A stretch of DNA of 51,071 nt from Syntrophobacteraceae bacterium CG2_30_61_12 (GTDB taxonomy: Bacteria > Desulfobacterota > Syntrophobacteria > Syntrophobacterales > DSM-9756): contig MNZR01000016.1 of NCBI GenBank assembly GCA_001873705.1, positions 1 through 51,071 of the forward strand, read 5' to 3'. Shown here one piece after another: positions 43,981-51,071 of the stretch. The notes beneath the pieces were generated by a model. The model was not told the origin of the DNA, searched no databases, and was given only the letters and a program-made list of their open reading frames with translations. Position numbers and translations under genes: made by a program. Position 1 is the stretch's first letter; every line of letters begins with the position of its first letter.

Positions 43981-44417
43981 TGGATTTCAAAACCGCCATG
44001 CGCATCAGTGGGTCCGGTCTCAGCGCCGACCGCGCCTGGGTCGGTGTCACCTCGGCCAACCTGGCCAATGCGAAGACCACTCGCACCGAATCCGGTGAAC
44101 CCTACCGCCGCCGCACCCTCATTTATGAAGCGGTACCGGTGGCCGACCCGTTCGGCGCCGAACTCGCTTCCGCCATGGACGGGGAGGTGCAGGGGGTGAA
44201 AGTGGTGGAGGTGCTGCCCGATCAGCGGCAGTTTCAGGAAGCCTATGATCCCAGCCATCCCGATGCCGATGACAACGGCATCGTCCGTTTCCCCAATATC
44301 AATACGGCTGAGGAAATGGCCAATCTGGTGTCCGCTTCGCGTTCGTATCAGGCCAACGTGGCGGCCCTTGACACGGCCAAACGGCTGGCGTTGAAGGCCA
44401 TGGAAATCGGCAAGTAA
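43980..44417 (+). CDS. flgC: Flagellar proximal rod protein FlgC
   Basis: MRISGSGLSADRAWVGVTSANLANAKTT...YDPSHPDADDNGIVRFPNIN...SRSYQANV. Confidence 0.9.
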   Translation: MDFKTAMRISGSGLSADRAWVGVTSANLANAKTTRTESGEPYRRRTLIYEAVPVADPFGAELASAMDGEVQGVKVVEVLPDQRQFQEAYDPSHPDADDNGIVRFPNINTAEEMANLVSASRSYQANVAALDTAKRLALKAMEIGK

Positions 44418-44438
44418 TGCCCTCCAGGGAGAATCACC

Positions 44439-44735
44439 GTGATCATCAAGCAGACCAGTTCCGACTTCGGTTCCGCTCAGATACTGGAAACGGCGAAATC
44501 CAGGCCGGCCCCGGAGCGGTCCTTTGCCGCCGACCTCAAAGCCATGACCGGCCAGGTCGATTCCCTTCAGCGTGAAGCCGACCAGGCGATGGAAAGCGCG
44601 GCGGTGAACGGGGCCGAAAACATCCACGAAACCATGCTCAAGGTGGAAGAAGCCAACCTCAGCCTTCGGCTCATGCTGAGGCTGCGTGCCAAGGCGTTGG
44701 ACGCTTACGAACAGATGATGCGGATGCAGTTCTAG
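44439..44735 (+). CDS. fliE: Flagellar hook-basal body protein FliE
   Basis: 98 aa, GTG start with AGGGAGA upstream. C-terminal HETMLKVEEANLSLRLMLRLRAKALDAYEQMMRMQF. Confidence 0.85.
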   Translation: MIIKQTSSDFGSAQILETAKSRPAPERSFAADLKAMTGQVDSLQREADQAMESAAVNGAENIHETMLKVEEANLSLRLMLRLRAKALDAYEQMMRMQF

Positions 44736-44779
44736 CGAGCGCTCGATATTCGGTCGAGCGCGGCTGAAGGTTGCCGACG

Positions 44780-46402
44780 ATGCTCAATAAGATCCTGACC
44801 AGTGGCAAGAATCTGCTGCATGCCTTCACCGGCTTGCCGACTCCGAAAAAGATAATCACCGTGGGCACCCTGGTTGTCCTCCTGGTCAGCCTCGGCTACG
44901 CCTTCTACCTGGTGAACAAGAAAGAATACGCTACCCTTTACGCGGGGCTCGAGGGCGATGATCTGGCCAAGGTGGTGGAGGCGCTCAAAGCGCGGAAGGT
45001 CCCCTACCAGTTGGCGCCCAACAATGCGGTGGCGGTACCCAAGGACCAGCTTTACGAGGTGCGTCTGGAGCTGGCGGCCAAGGGCATTCCCGACGGCAGC
45101 GGCACCGGCTTCGAAATTTTCGACAAGCAAGCCCTGGGCAGCACCCGGTTTGTGCAGAAGATAAACTACCAGCGCGCTCTTCAGGGAGAATTGTCGCGCA
45201 CCATCAATCAGCTGGATGAAGTCTTGGAAAGCCGGGTGCATCTGGCGATCCCCGAGGAACCCCTGTTCATGGAGGAGAAGAAGCCGGCCCGAGCCGCCGT
45301 GGTGGTGAAGCTGCGCCCGGGCGCCCAGCTCGGTCAGCGGCAGATCCAGGGTATCGTCAACCTGGTGGTCGGCGCGGTCGATGGTCTTCAGGACGAGGGC
45401 GTCAATATCCTCAGTACCGACGGCCGGGTGCTGTTCAAGAAGGATGGCGAGGACGCTTCCTATTCGCTCAGTAACCTCCAGATGGAATACAAGAACCGGC
45501 TCGAGGAAGGGCTGCATACCAAGGTTCAGTCCATGCTGCAGCAGGTGCTGGGCAGCGACAAGGTGATCACGCGGGTGGCCGCCGATTTGGATTTCAACAA
45601 GACCCAGGTCAGCGAGGAAACCTTTGACCCCGACAGCGCGGTGGTTCGCAGTCAGCAGCGCAGCATCGAATCGGCTCAGGGGAAAAACGATGCGGCGCGG
45701 GGCAATCCGGATGCCCCCATCAATATTAAGGGGCAATTGATGCAGGACGCCCCGCCGGGTCAGGCCAAGTCCAAGGAATTCGAGAAGCAGAGGGAAACGA
45801 TCAATTATGAAGTGAGTCATGTCAATCGGCAGACGGTCCAGGCACCGGGTCGCATCAGCAAGCTATCGGTGGCGGTCATCATCGACGGTCGCTATGAAAT
45901 GAAAGCCGGGACCAATAACCAGATGGAGCGGGTGTTCGTGGGTCGAACGCCGCAGGAACTGAAGGCTTATGAAGACCTGGCCAAGAAGGCAGCGGGTCTT
46001 GATGAAGCCCGAGGAGACCAGCTGACTCTATCGAACATTCCCTTCGTCACCGACGCATCGGAATTGGAAGCCGCGCCGGCCCAGAACAAATACCTGAAGA
46101 TCCTGAAGGACAATCAGAAGTCCCTGCTCAATGCGGTTCTGTTGGCACTGTTGTTCCTGTTCGTCATCAAACCCCTGATGAAAACCCTCGGTCAGGTGGC
46201 GCGGTCCACAACGACCACGCCCAACGATCTGGAAGCCTTGCCGGCGGCGGAAACGGAAGGCAACACGCTGATGCTCGGCAGCCAACTGCCCGGTCCCGCC
46301 CAGGGCATCAACCTGCGCCAGCAGGCGGCGGCGTTGGTTCAACATGATTCGGATCGCGCGTCCGAGATCATCCGGGGCTGGATGAATGAAGGAGAGCGCT
46401 GA
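44780..46402 (+). CDS. fliF: Flagellar MS-ring protein FliF
   Basis: LYAGLEGDDLAKVVEALKARKVPYQL...LAAKGIP...QRALQGELSRTI. Confidence 0.9.
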   Translation: MLNKILTSGKNLLHAFTGLPTPKKIITVGTLVVLLVSLGYAFYLVNKKEYATLYAGLEGDDLAKVVEALKARKVPYQLAPNNAVAVPKDQLYEVRLELAAKGIPDGSGTGFEIFDKQALGSTRFVQKINYQRALQGELSRTINQLDEVLESRVHLAIPEEPLFMEEKKPARAAVVVKLRPGAQLGQRQIQGIVNLVVGAVDGLQDEGVNILSTDGRVLFKKDGEDASYSLSNLQMEYKNRLEEGLHTKVQSMLQQVLGSDKVITRVAADLDFNKTQVSEETFDPDSAVVRSQQRSIESAQGKNDAARGNPDAPINIKGQLMQDAPPGQAKSKEFEKQRETINYEVSHVNRQTVQAPGRISKLSVAVIIDGRYEMKAGTNNQMERVFVGRTPQELKAYEDLAKKAAGLDEARGDQLTLSNIPFVTDASELEAAPAQNKYLKILKDNQKSLLNAVLLALLFLFVIKPLMKTLGQVARSTTTTPNDLEALPAAETEGNTLMLGSQLPGPAQGINLRQQAAALVQHDSDRASEIIRGWMNEGER

Positions 46403-47418
46403 TGGCGAAGCAGACACAGACCCTCAGCGGTCCCGAGAAGGTTGCGGTGCTCCTGATGGTGCTCGGCGAAGACGTCTCGTCTTCCCTGCTCAAAGCCATG
46501 AGCCCGGCGGAAATCCGCCAGGTCGGCGTGCACATGACCCAGATCAAGAACGTCAAGAAAGAGATGTACGAAGAATTATTGCATGAGTTCACCTCGTCTT
46601 TCTACACCGAGGGCGACATCAACAAACCTGGGGATGTCTTCTTCAAGGACCTGGTGAGTCATTCGCTCACCGGTCCGGATGGGGAACATATGCTCGCCGC
46701 GGTGGAAAAGGACAAGGAGCGGGTACCCTTCAAGAGCCTCCGCGAAATCGATCCGCGGATTGTGGCCAATACCATCACCAACGAGCATCCCCAAACCATT
46801 GCATTGATTTTGTCGCATCTGGCTCAAGATCAGGCCAGTAAGGTCCTGGCGCTGATGCCGGAGCCGCTGCAGTTGGAAGTGGTGACCCGAATCGCCAATC
46901 TGGAAACGGTGCCGGAAGAACTGATCTTTGAAGTGGACGAAGCCCTGCAGGAGGGTCTGGCTTCCATGGGTGGAGAAGGCCGCCAATTGATTCTCGGTGG
47001 GGTGGAAGTGGCGGCCGCCATCCTGAACAGTTGCGATCGCCGGACCGGAGATCGCCTCCTCGAGGAGCTCGAGGGGAAAGATTCCGAACTGGCCGAGCAG
47101 ATCAGAAAATTGATGTTCGTCTTTGAAGACCTGGTGATGCTCGACGACAAGAGCATTCGGGAACTGCTGAAAGAGGTCAAGAACGAAGATTTGATGCTGG
47201 CCCTCAAAACCACTTCCGACGAAATTCGTCAGAAGGTGTTCAAGAACCTGTCCCAACGCGCCTCGCAGATGCTCCAGGAAGATCTTACCGCCATGGGGCC
47301 GGTCCGATTGAGTGATGTGGAAGCGGCCCAGCAGAACATCCTGGCGGCGGCCAAGAAGCTGGAACAGGAAGGCAAGATCGTCTTGGGCGGAGGCGAGGGC
47401 GGCGATGTCTTTGTCTAA
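46402..47418 (+). CDS. fliG: Flagellar motor switch protein FliG
   Basis: LSGPEKVAVLLMVLGEDVSS...MFVFEDLVMLDDKSIRELLKEV... Confidence 0.92.
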   Translation: MAKQTQTLSGPEKVAVLLMVLGEDVSSSLLKAMSPAEIRQVGVHMTQIKNVKKEMYEELLHEFTSSFYTEGDINKPGDVFFKDLVSHSLTGPDGEHMLAAVEKDKERVPFKSLREIDPRIVANTITNEHPQTIALILSHLAQDQASKVLALMPEPLQLEVVTRIANLETVPEELIFEVDEALQEGLASMGGEGRQLILGGVEVAAAILNSCDRRTGDRLLEELEGKDSELAEQIRKLMFVFEDLVMLDDKSIRELLKEVKNEDLMLALKTTSDEIRQKVFKNLSQRASQMLQEDLTAMGPVRLSDVEAAQQNILAAAKKLEQEGKIVLGGGEGGDVFV

Positions 47419-48160
47419 CATCATCAAGGCTTGCACGGGTTCTCAATACCGTTGTTTCGATTTTCGCGACATCGCTGGAACCGGATCTCAAACCTCCGGA
47501 AGCGATGGCCGCCCCAAGGAATCCGCCCGCATTCCAGGATCGCTCCCGACGCTCAGCGGTGAGCAAGCCGTCGAGCGGCTCCAGGGGGAATTGCAGGATC
47601 GACTTCTGGAACTGGATCGGCGGGCCCGGGAGGTGGAGCAGGAAGCTTACGACAAAGGCTTCGCAAGCGGACGGGAAGAAGGGGCTCGGCAAGGCTTGGC
47701 GGAGGTTCGCACCGCGGCGGAGCGGCTCGATGCGGTGTTCTCCGAGGTGTGCGGACTGCGGGCGGGGCTCCTGCGCGACTATCGGGATTGGTTGCTGACG
47801 AGCAGCCTAGGGATCGCCCGACAGATCGCTCAGGTGGAGTTGCGCTTGCGGCCGGAGGCGTTTTCCAAGATCATCGAGGATGCCATGGATCAGGCCGATG
47901 ATCAGCATGCCCTGACATTCCATCTGCATCCCGAAGACCTCAAACTGCTTCGGGAGCAAACGGATTTGAACCGTTTATGCGCCGGTGGCAAAACCATCGT
48001 CTTCAGGGAAGACAGCACCTTGAGCCGGGGCGGTTGCCGCCTGGAAAGCGATATTCAACTGATCGATTGCAGCATCGAGACCCGACTGGCCTTGGTCGAG
48101 GCCGAGATGATCAAGGGACTGGGAGCACTGGAAGATGGGTCAACCGCAACCGGCAACTGA
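47405..48160 (+). CDS. fliH: Flagellar export apparatus protein FliH
   Basis: EQEAYDKGFASGREEGARQGLAEV. Position is between fliG and fliI. The ATG at 47405 overlaps the fliG end. Confidence 0.8.
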   Translation: MSLSNIIKACTGSQYRCFDFRDIAGTGSQTSGSDGRPKESARIPGSLPTLSGEQAVERLQGELQDRLLELDRRAREVEQEAYDKGFASGREEGARQGLAEVRTAAERLDAVFSEVCGLRAGLLRDYRDWLLTSSLGIARQIAQVELRLRPEAFSKIIEDAMDQADDQHALTFHLHPEDLKLLREQTDLNRLCAGGKTIVFREDSTLSRGGCRLESDIQLIDCSIETRLALVEAEMIKGLGALEDGSTATGN

Positions 48161-49478
48161 CTATTTGGGCTTGCACAAAGCCCTGACCGGGGTGTTCGAC
48201 TGCCGACCCTGGCGCTGCTACGGCAAGGTGGCGAGGCTGGTGGGGACCCTGATTGAAGCGGAAGGGGTCAAGGCTGCGCTCGGCGACCTGTGCACGCTTC
48301 ACAGCGACGACAAAACCCGTACCTTGTATGCCGAAGTGGTCGGCTTCCAGGATCGCCGTCTGAAGCTCAGCCCGCTTTCCGATATCAGCGGGGTCCGTGC
48401 CGGGGACCTGGTGGAATTTCATGGCCGCGGTGACGCCGTCCAGATTGGTCAGGGTTTGCTGGGACGGGTGATCGATGCCATGGGCCGGCCGATCGACGGC
48501 AAGGGGCCGATCCCGCCCGGCCAACCTCGCTCCCTGGTGGGAACGGTGGCCAATCCCCTGGAGCGGGTGCCGATCCGTTCGCAGTTGGATGTGGGCGTGC
48601 GGGCCATCAACGGCTTGCTGCCCATCGGTCGGGGCCAGCGCATGGGGATCTTCGCGGGTTCCGGGGTGGGCAAAAGCACCCTGCTGGGAATGATGGCCAG
48701 GTACACCTCGGCCGCGGTCAACGTGATCGCTCTCATCGGCGAACGCGGCCGCGAGGTGGTGGAATTCATCGACAACGATCTGGGTGACCAGGGCTTGAGC
48801 CGCTCCGTCGTGGTGGTGGCCACTTCCGATCAGCCGGCCACGTTGCGCATGCGCGGCGCTTTCCTGGCGACGACCATCGCCGAATATTTCCGTGACCTGG
48901 GGTTCGACGTGCTGCTCATGATGGATTCGATCACCCGCTTTGCCATGGCCGGAAGGGAAGTGGGGCTGGCCGCCGGCGAGCCCCCCACCACCAAGGGTTA
49001 CACTCCGAGCGTGTTCAGCAAGATCCCGCGGCTCCTGGAGCGGGCCGGGAGTTTCCCCAATGCCGCCATCACCGGCATCTACACCGTGCTGGTGGAAGGC
49101 AACGATATGGAAGATCCCATCGCCGATACCATGCGCTCCATTCTTGACGGTCACCTGGTCCTCGACCGCGGCTTGGCCCAACGCCGGCATTACCCTCCGA
49201 TCGACGTGCTCCACAGCATCAGCCGACTGACCGACCAACTGTTCGACAACGAGCAGAAACGGCTGGCCGCCCGCTTCGTCGGGATTTTGTCACGGTACAA
49301 ACGCCACGAGGACATGATTCAAATCGGCGCATACGTGCGCGGCAGCAATCCGGAGATCGATTACGCCATTGACATGGTCGGAAAATTGAACGGCTATTTG
49401 ACCCAGGCGGTCCAGGAAAACGCTTCCGTCGCGGCGTGCCGGGAAGCCCTGGAAAAGCTGCTCGACAGCCGGGAGTAG
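48135..49478 (+). CDS. fliI: Flagellum-specific ATPase FliI
   Basis: Walker A GSGVGKSTLLGMMARY and Walker B VLLMMDSITRFA. Confidence 0.92.
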   Translation: MGQPQPATDYLGLHKALTGVFDCRPWRCYGKVARLVGTLIEAEGVKAALGDLCTLHSDDKTRTLYAEVVGFQDRRLKLSPLSDISGVRAGDLVEFHGRGDAVQIGQGLLGRVIDAMGRPIDGKGPIPPGQPRSLVGTVANPLERVPIRSQLDVGVRAINGLLPIGRGQRMGIFAGSGVGKSTLLGMMARYTSAAVNVIALIGERGREVVEFIDNDLGDQGLSRSVVVVATSDQPATLRMRGAFLATTIAEYFRDLGFDVLLMMDSITRFAMAGREVGLAAGEPPTTKGYTPSVFSKIPRLLERAGSFPNAAITGIYTVLVEGNDMEDPIADTMRSILDGHLVLDRGLAQRRHYPPIDVLHSISRLTDQLFDNEQKRLAARFVGILSRYKRHEDMIQIGAYVRGSNPEIDYAIDMVGKLNGYLTQAVQENASVAACREALEKLLDSRE

Positions 49479-49484
49479 CGCTCG

Positions 49485-49934
49485 ATGGGGTTCGCTTTCC
49501 GCTTGGAGAAAGTGCTCAATCACCGGCGGTTCTTGTTGGAAACCGCGCGCCAGGCCTGGCAGGCGGCAAGGCTGCTGGAGCGGCAGGCCCGCCGACGGGT
49601 GCAAGATCTGGAGCAACGGATCCAGACCGCGGAAGCTGAGTGGCAGGCCCGCCAGCGCAACGGTATGGATGTTGCTACCTTCCTTGCCTACAAGGACCAC
49701 ATCCGGGACTTGGCGAGGCAACTGCCCCAACTTCGGCAGGAACAACAACTGGCTTCGGATGAGGTCGAGCGGCGCCGGCAACTGTTGCTGGAGCGGGAGC
49801 AGGCGATGAAGGTCCTGGAAAAACTGCGGGACCGATGCTTCCAGGACTACACTCTGGAATGCGCCCGCAACGATCAGAAGAAATTGGATGAAACGGTGAT
49901 CATCAAAACCCACCGGGATGCCGAAGATGTTTAA
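49485..49934 (+). CDS. fliJ: Flagellar export chaperone FliJ
   Basis: FRLEKVLNHRRFLLETARQAWQAA coiled-coil protein of 149 aa, immediately after fliI. Confidence 0.75.
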   Translation: MGFAFRLEKVLNHRRFLLETARQAWQAARLLERQARRRVQDLEQRIQTAEAEWQARQRNGMDVATFLAYKDHIRDLARQLPQLRQEQQLASDEVERRRQLLLEREQAMKVLEKLRDRCFQDYTLECARNDQKKLDETVIIKTHRDAEDV

Positions 49935-50568
49935 TAAAAAAACCGCCCGTAAGCCTCATCGAGGTGGTCGCTTGTGGTGGCTGTCCGGTCTTGTGGTGCT
50001 GACCATGGCCCTGCTGGTGACCAAGTTCACTCTCAACCTGGGCTACCTGCTTCTCAGTCATGGCAACGGCCATGGTCATTGGAGCGCGCCGTTCGAGGTC
50101 TGGGCCAAGAACGGTGAGGACAAGGCCGCCGCCCGTGGTGCCAAGGCGGCGGCGGCGACGGTTGGAGGGCAACAGACGGCGTCCGGGGTGAGCGAAATGA
50201 TAGCGCGCCTGGAGCAGCGCGAGTCCGACCTCAACCGGAAAGAAGAGGAATTGCGACGGAAGGAAGACTATCTCAAACAGATGCAAAAGGAAACCGAGCA
50301 AAAGCTGCAAAAGCTGATTGTTGCGCAGGACGAAATCCAGGCTTACCGAGACCAGAAAAAGTCCGCCGAAACGGATCGGATGAAATCCTTGATCAAGATA
50401 TACGAAAGCATGAAACCGAAGGGCGCGGCCAAATTACTGGAGAGCCTCGATGAGCAGTTAGTGGTGAAGATCATCTCCCAAATGGACACCAACCTGGCCG
50501 CGACCATTCTGGCCAACATGGATCCGGCCAAGGCCGTGAAAATTTCCACCGCCCTCACCGCTCCCTGA
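49918..50568 (+). CDS. MotE-like / MgtE-N-domain flagellar protein
   Basis: N-terminal TM segment, coiled coil, and C-terminal IYESMKPKGAAKLLESLDEQLVVKIISQMDTNLAATILANMDPAKA. Confidence 0.6.
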   Translation: MPKMFNKKTARKPHRGGRLWWLSGLVVLTMALLVTKFTLNLGYLLLSHGNGHGHWSAPFEVWAKNGEDKAAARGAKAAAATVGGQQTASGVSEMIARLEQRESDLNRKEEELRRKEDYLKQMQKETEQKLQKLIVAQDEIQAYRDQKKSAETDRMKSLIKIYESMKPKGAAKLLESLDEQLVVKIISQMDTNLAATILANMDPAKAVKISTALTAP

Positions 50569-50604
50569 TCGTGATCGTGACGATCTCTCGATCGCTTGCC
50601 TCCG

Positions 50605-50628
50605 CCGACCTCCGGGCCGGCTTTTTTT
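50605..50628 (+). terminator. Possible intrinsic terminator after the flgB-fliJ-motE-like operon
   Basis: CCGACC-TCCG-GGCCGG is a 6-bp stem with one mismatch, followed by C and a T7 tract. Confidence 0.4.
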
Positions 50629-50723
50629 CGCGCGCGGCCGCAACCTTGATATCGCTATCGCGATCGCCTCATTCAGGGCGAGTTGCATCAGTGCCGCGGA
50701 ATTCCCGAGGCTGTTCCAATACG

Positions 50724-50764
50724 TTCCAAGGTCGGGGGGTGCGGAGCACTCCCTGACGATTCGC
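50724..50764 (+). repeat. Dispersed hairpin repeat, copy 2 (copy 1 at 38094-38133)
   Basis: TTCCAAGGTCGGGGGGTGCGGAGCACTCCCTGACGATTCGC. The left stem arm has G where copy 1 has A (a G-T/G-U wobble replacing the A-T pair); the right arm CCCTGAC is unchanged. Confidence 0.7.
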
Positions 50765-50848
50765 CGTGGGAACGTGGATTGGAAGCGTTGCCGAGCCGGC
50801 GGGTAGCTCCCGCCGGTCGCGCAACCCGACCGGTTCAGGGTAACAAGT

Positions 50849-50925
50849 TTCGTTTCGTGTGCGCTTCTTCCCGGGAGCGCGGGCATCTTGCCCGCTTTTG
50901 GTAATGAAACATCCGATCCTAAACC
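50849..50925 (+). repeat. Dispersed ~77-bp repeat, copy 2 (copy 1 at 508-584)
   Basis: TTCGTTTCGTGTGCGCTTCTTCCCGGGAGCGCGGGCATCTTGCCCGCTTTTGGTAATGAAACATCCGATCCTAAACC, in the same orientation as copy 1. Confidence 0.75.
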
Positions 50926-51071
50926 AGTATACCGCCTTTCTCCCTGCTTGGCTCGCGCTCAACCATCCGGAGTGACGCATAGGTCTACATGTTGTGGCTT
51001 TATATTTTTCATGATCTTTCAATTGGATAGCTCAGCTGAAAGGAGGTGATCGGCTCTCTTTGAACCACGTC

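Overview
High-GC bacterial chromosomal window in which almost every gene relates to the flagellum. I cannot assign the taxon from sequence alone.

Layout:
- 1-1545: repeat-rich left edge, then an MNT/HEPN (MntA/HepT-like) toxin-antitoxin pair.
- 1700-31750: about 30 kb of same-strand glycan-biosynthesis genes ending about 110 nt before the flagellin gene. It encodes UDP-xylose synthase; a CDP-3,6-dideoxyhexose pathway (RfbF, RfbG, E1-type RfbH, cupin epimerase, SDR reductase); an AT-rich module with two FkbM methyltransferases, one B12-binding radical SAM enzyme and three tandem radical SAM/SPASM paralogues; eight glycosyltransferase genes carrying 11 catalytic domains (one 1302-aa protein has four GT2 domains); and TPR proteins.
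- 31860-38667: late flagellar genes fliC, fliD, two fliS, flaG and flgM, with a divergent operon (small Cys-rich ORF, csrA, fliW, cheD).
- 38697-39142: composite repeat element.
- 39155-43296: sigma54 promoter, an AMIN-TPR protein, and a sigma54 activator with a degenerate receiver domain.
- 43528-50568: sigma54-driven flgB-flgC-fliE-fliF-fliG-fliH-fliI-fliJ plus a MotE-like gene.

By eye I find four sigma28-type promoters with one shared architecture, three sigma54 -24/-12 elements, a CsrA-type GGA hairpin in the fliC leader, and several REP-like dispersed repeats.

The most interesting candidate is a non-nonulosonate flagellin glycosylation island. Its core is a radical-SAM and methyltransferase tailoring module attached to a CDP-dideoxyhexose pathway. 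All functional calls rest on motif recognition by eye; no database search was run.
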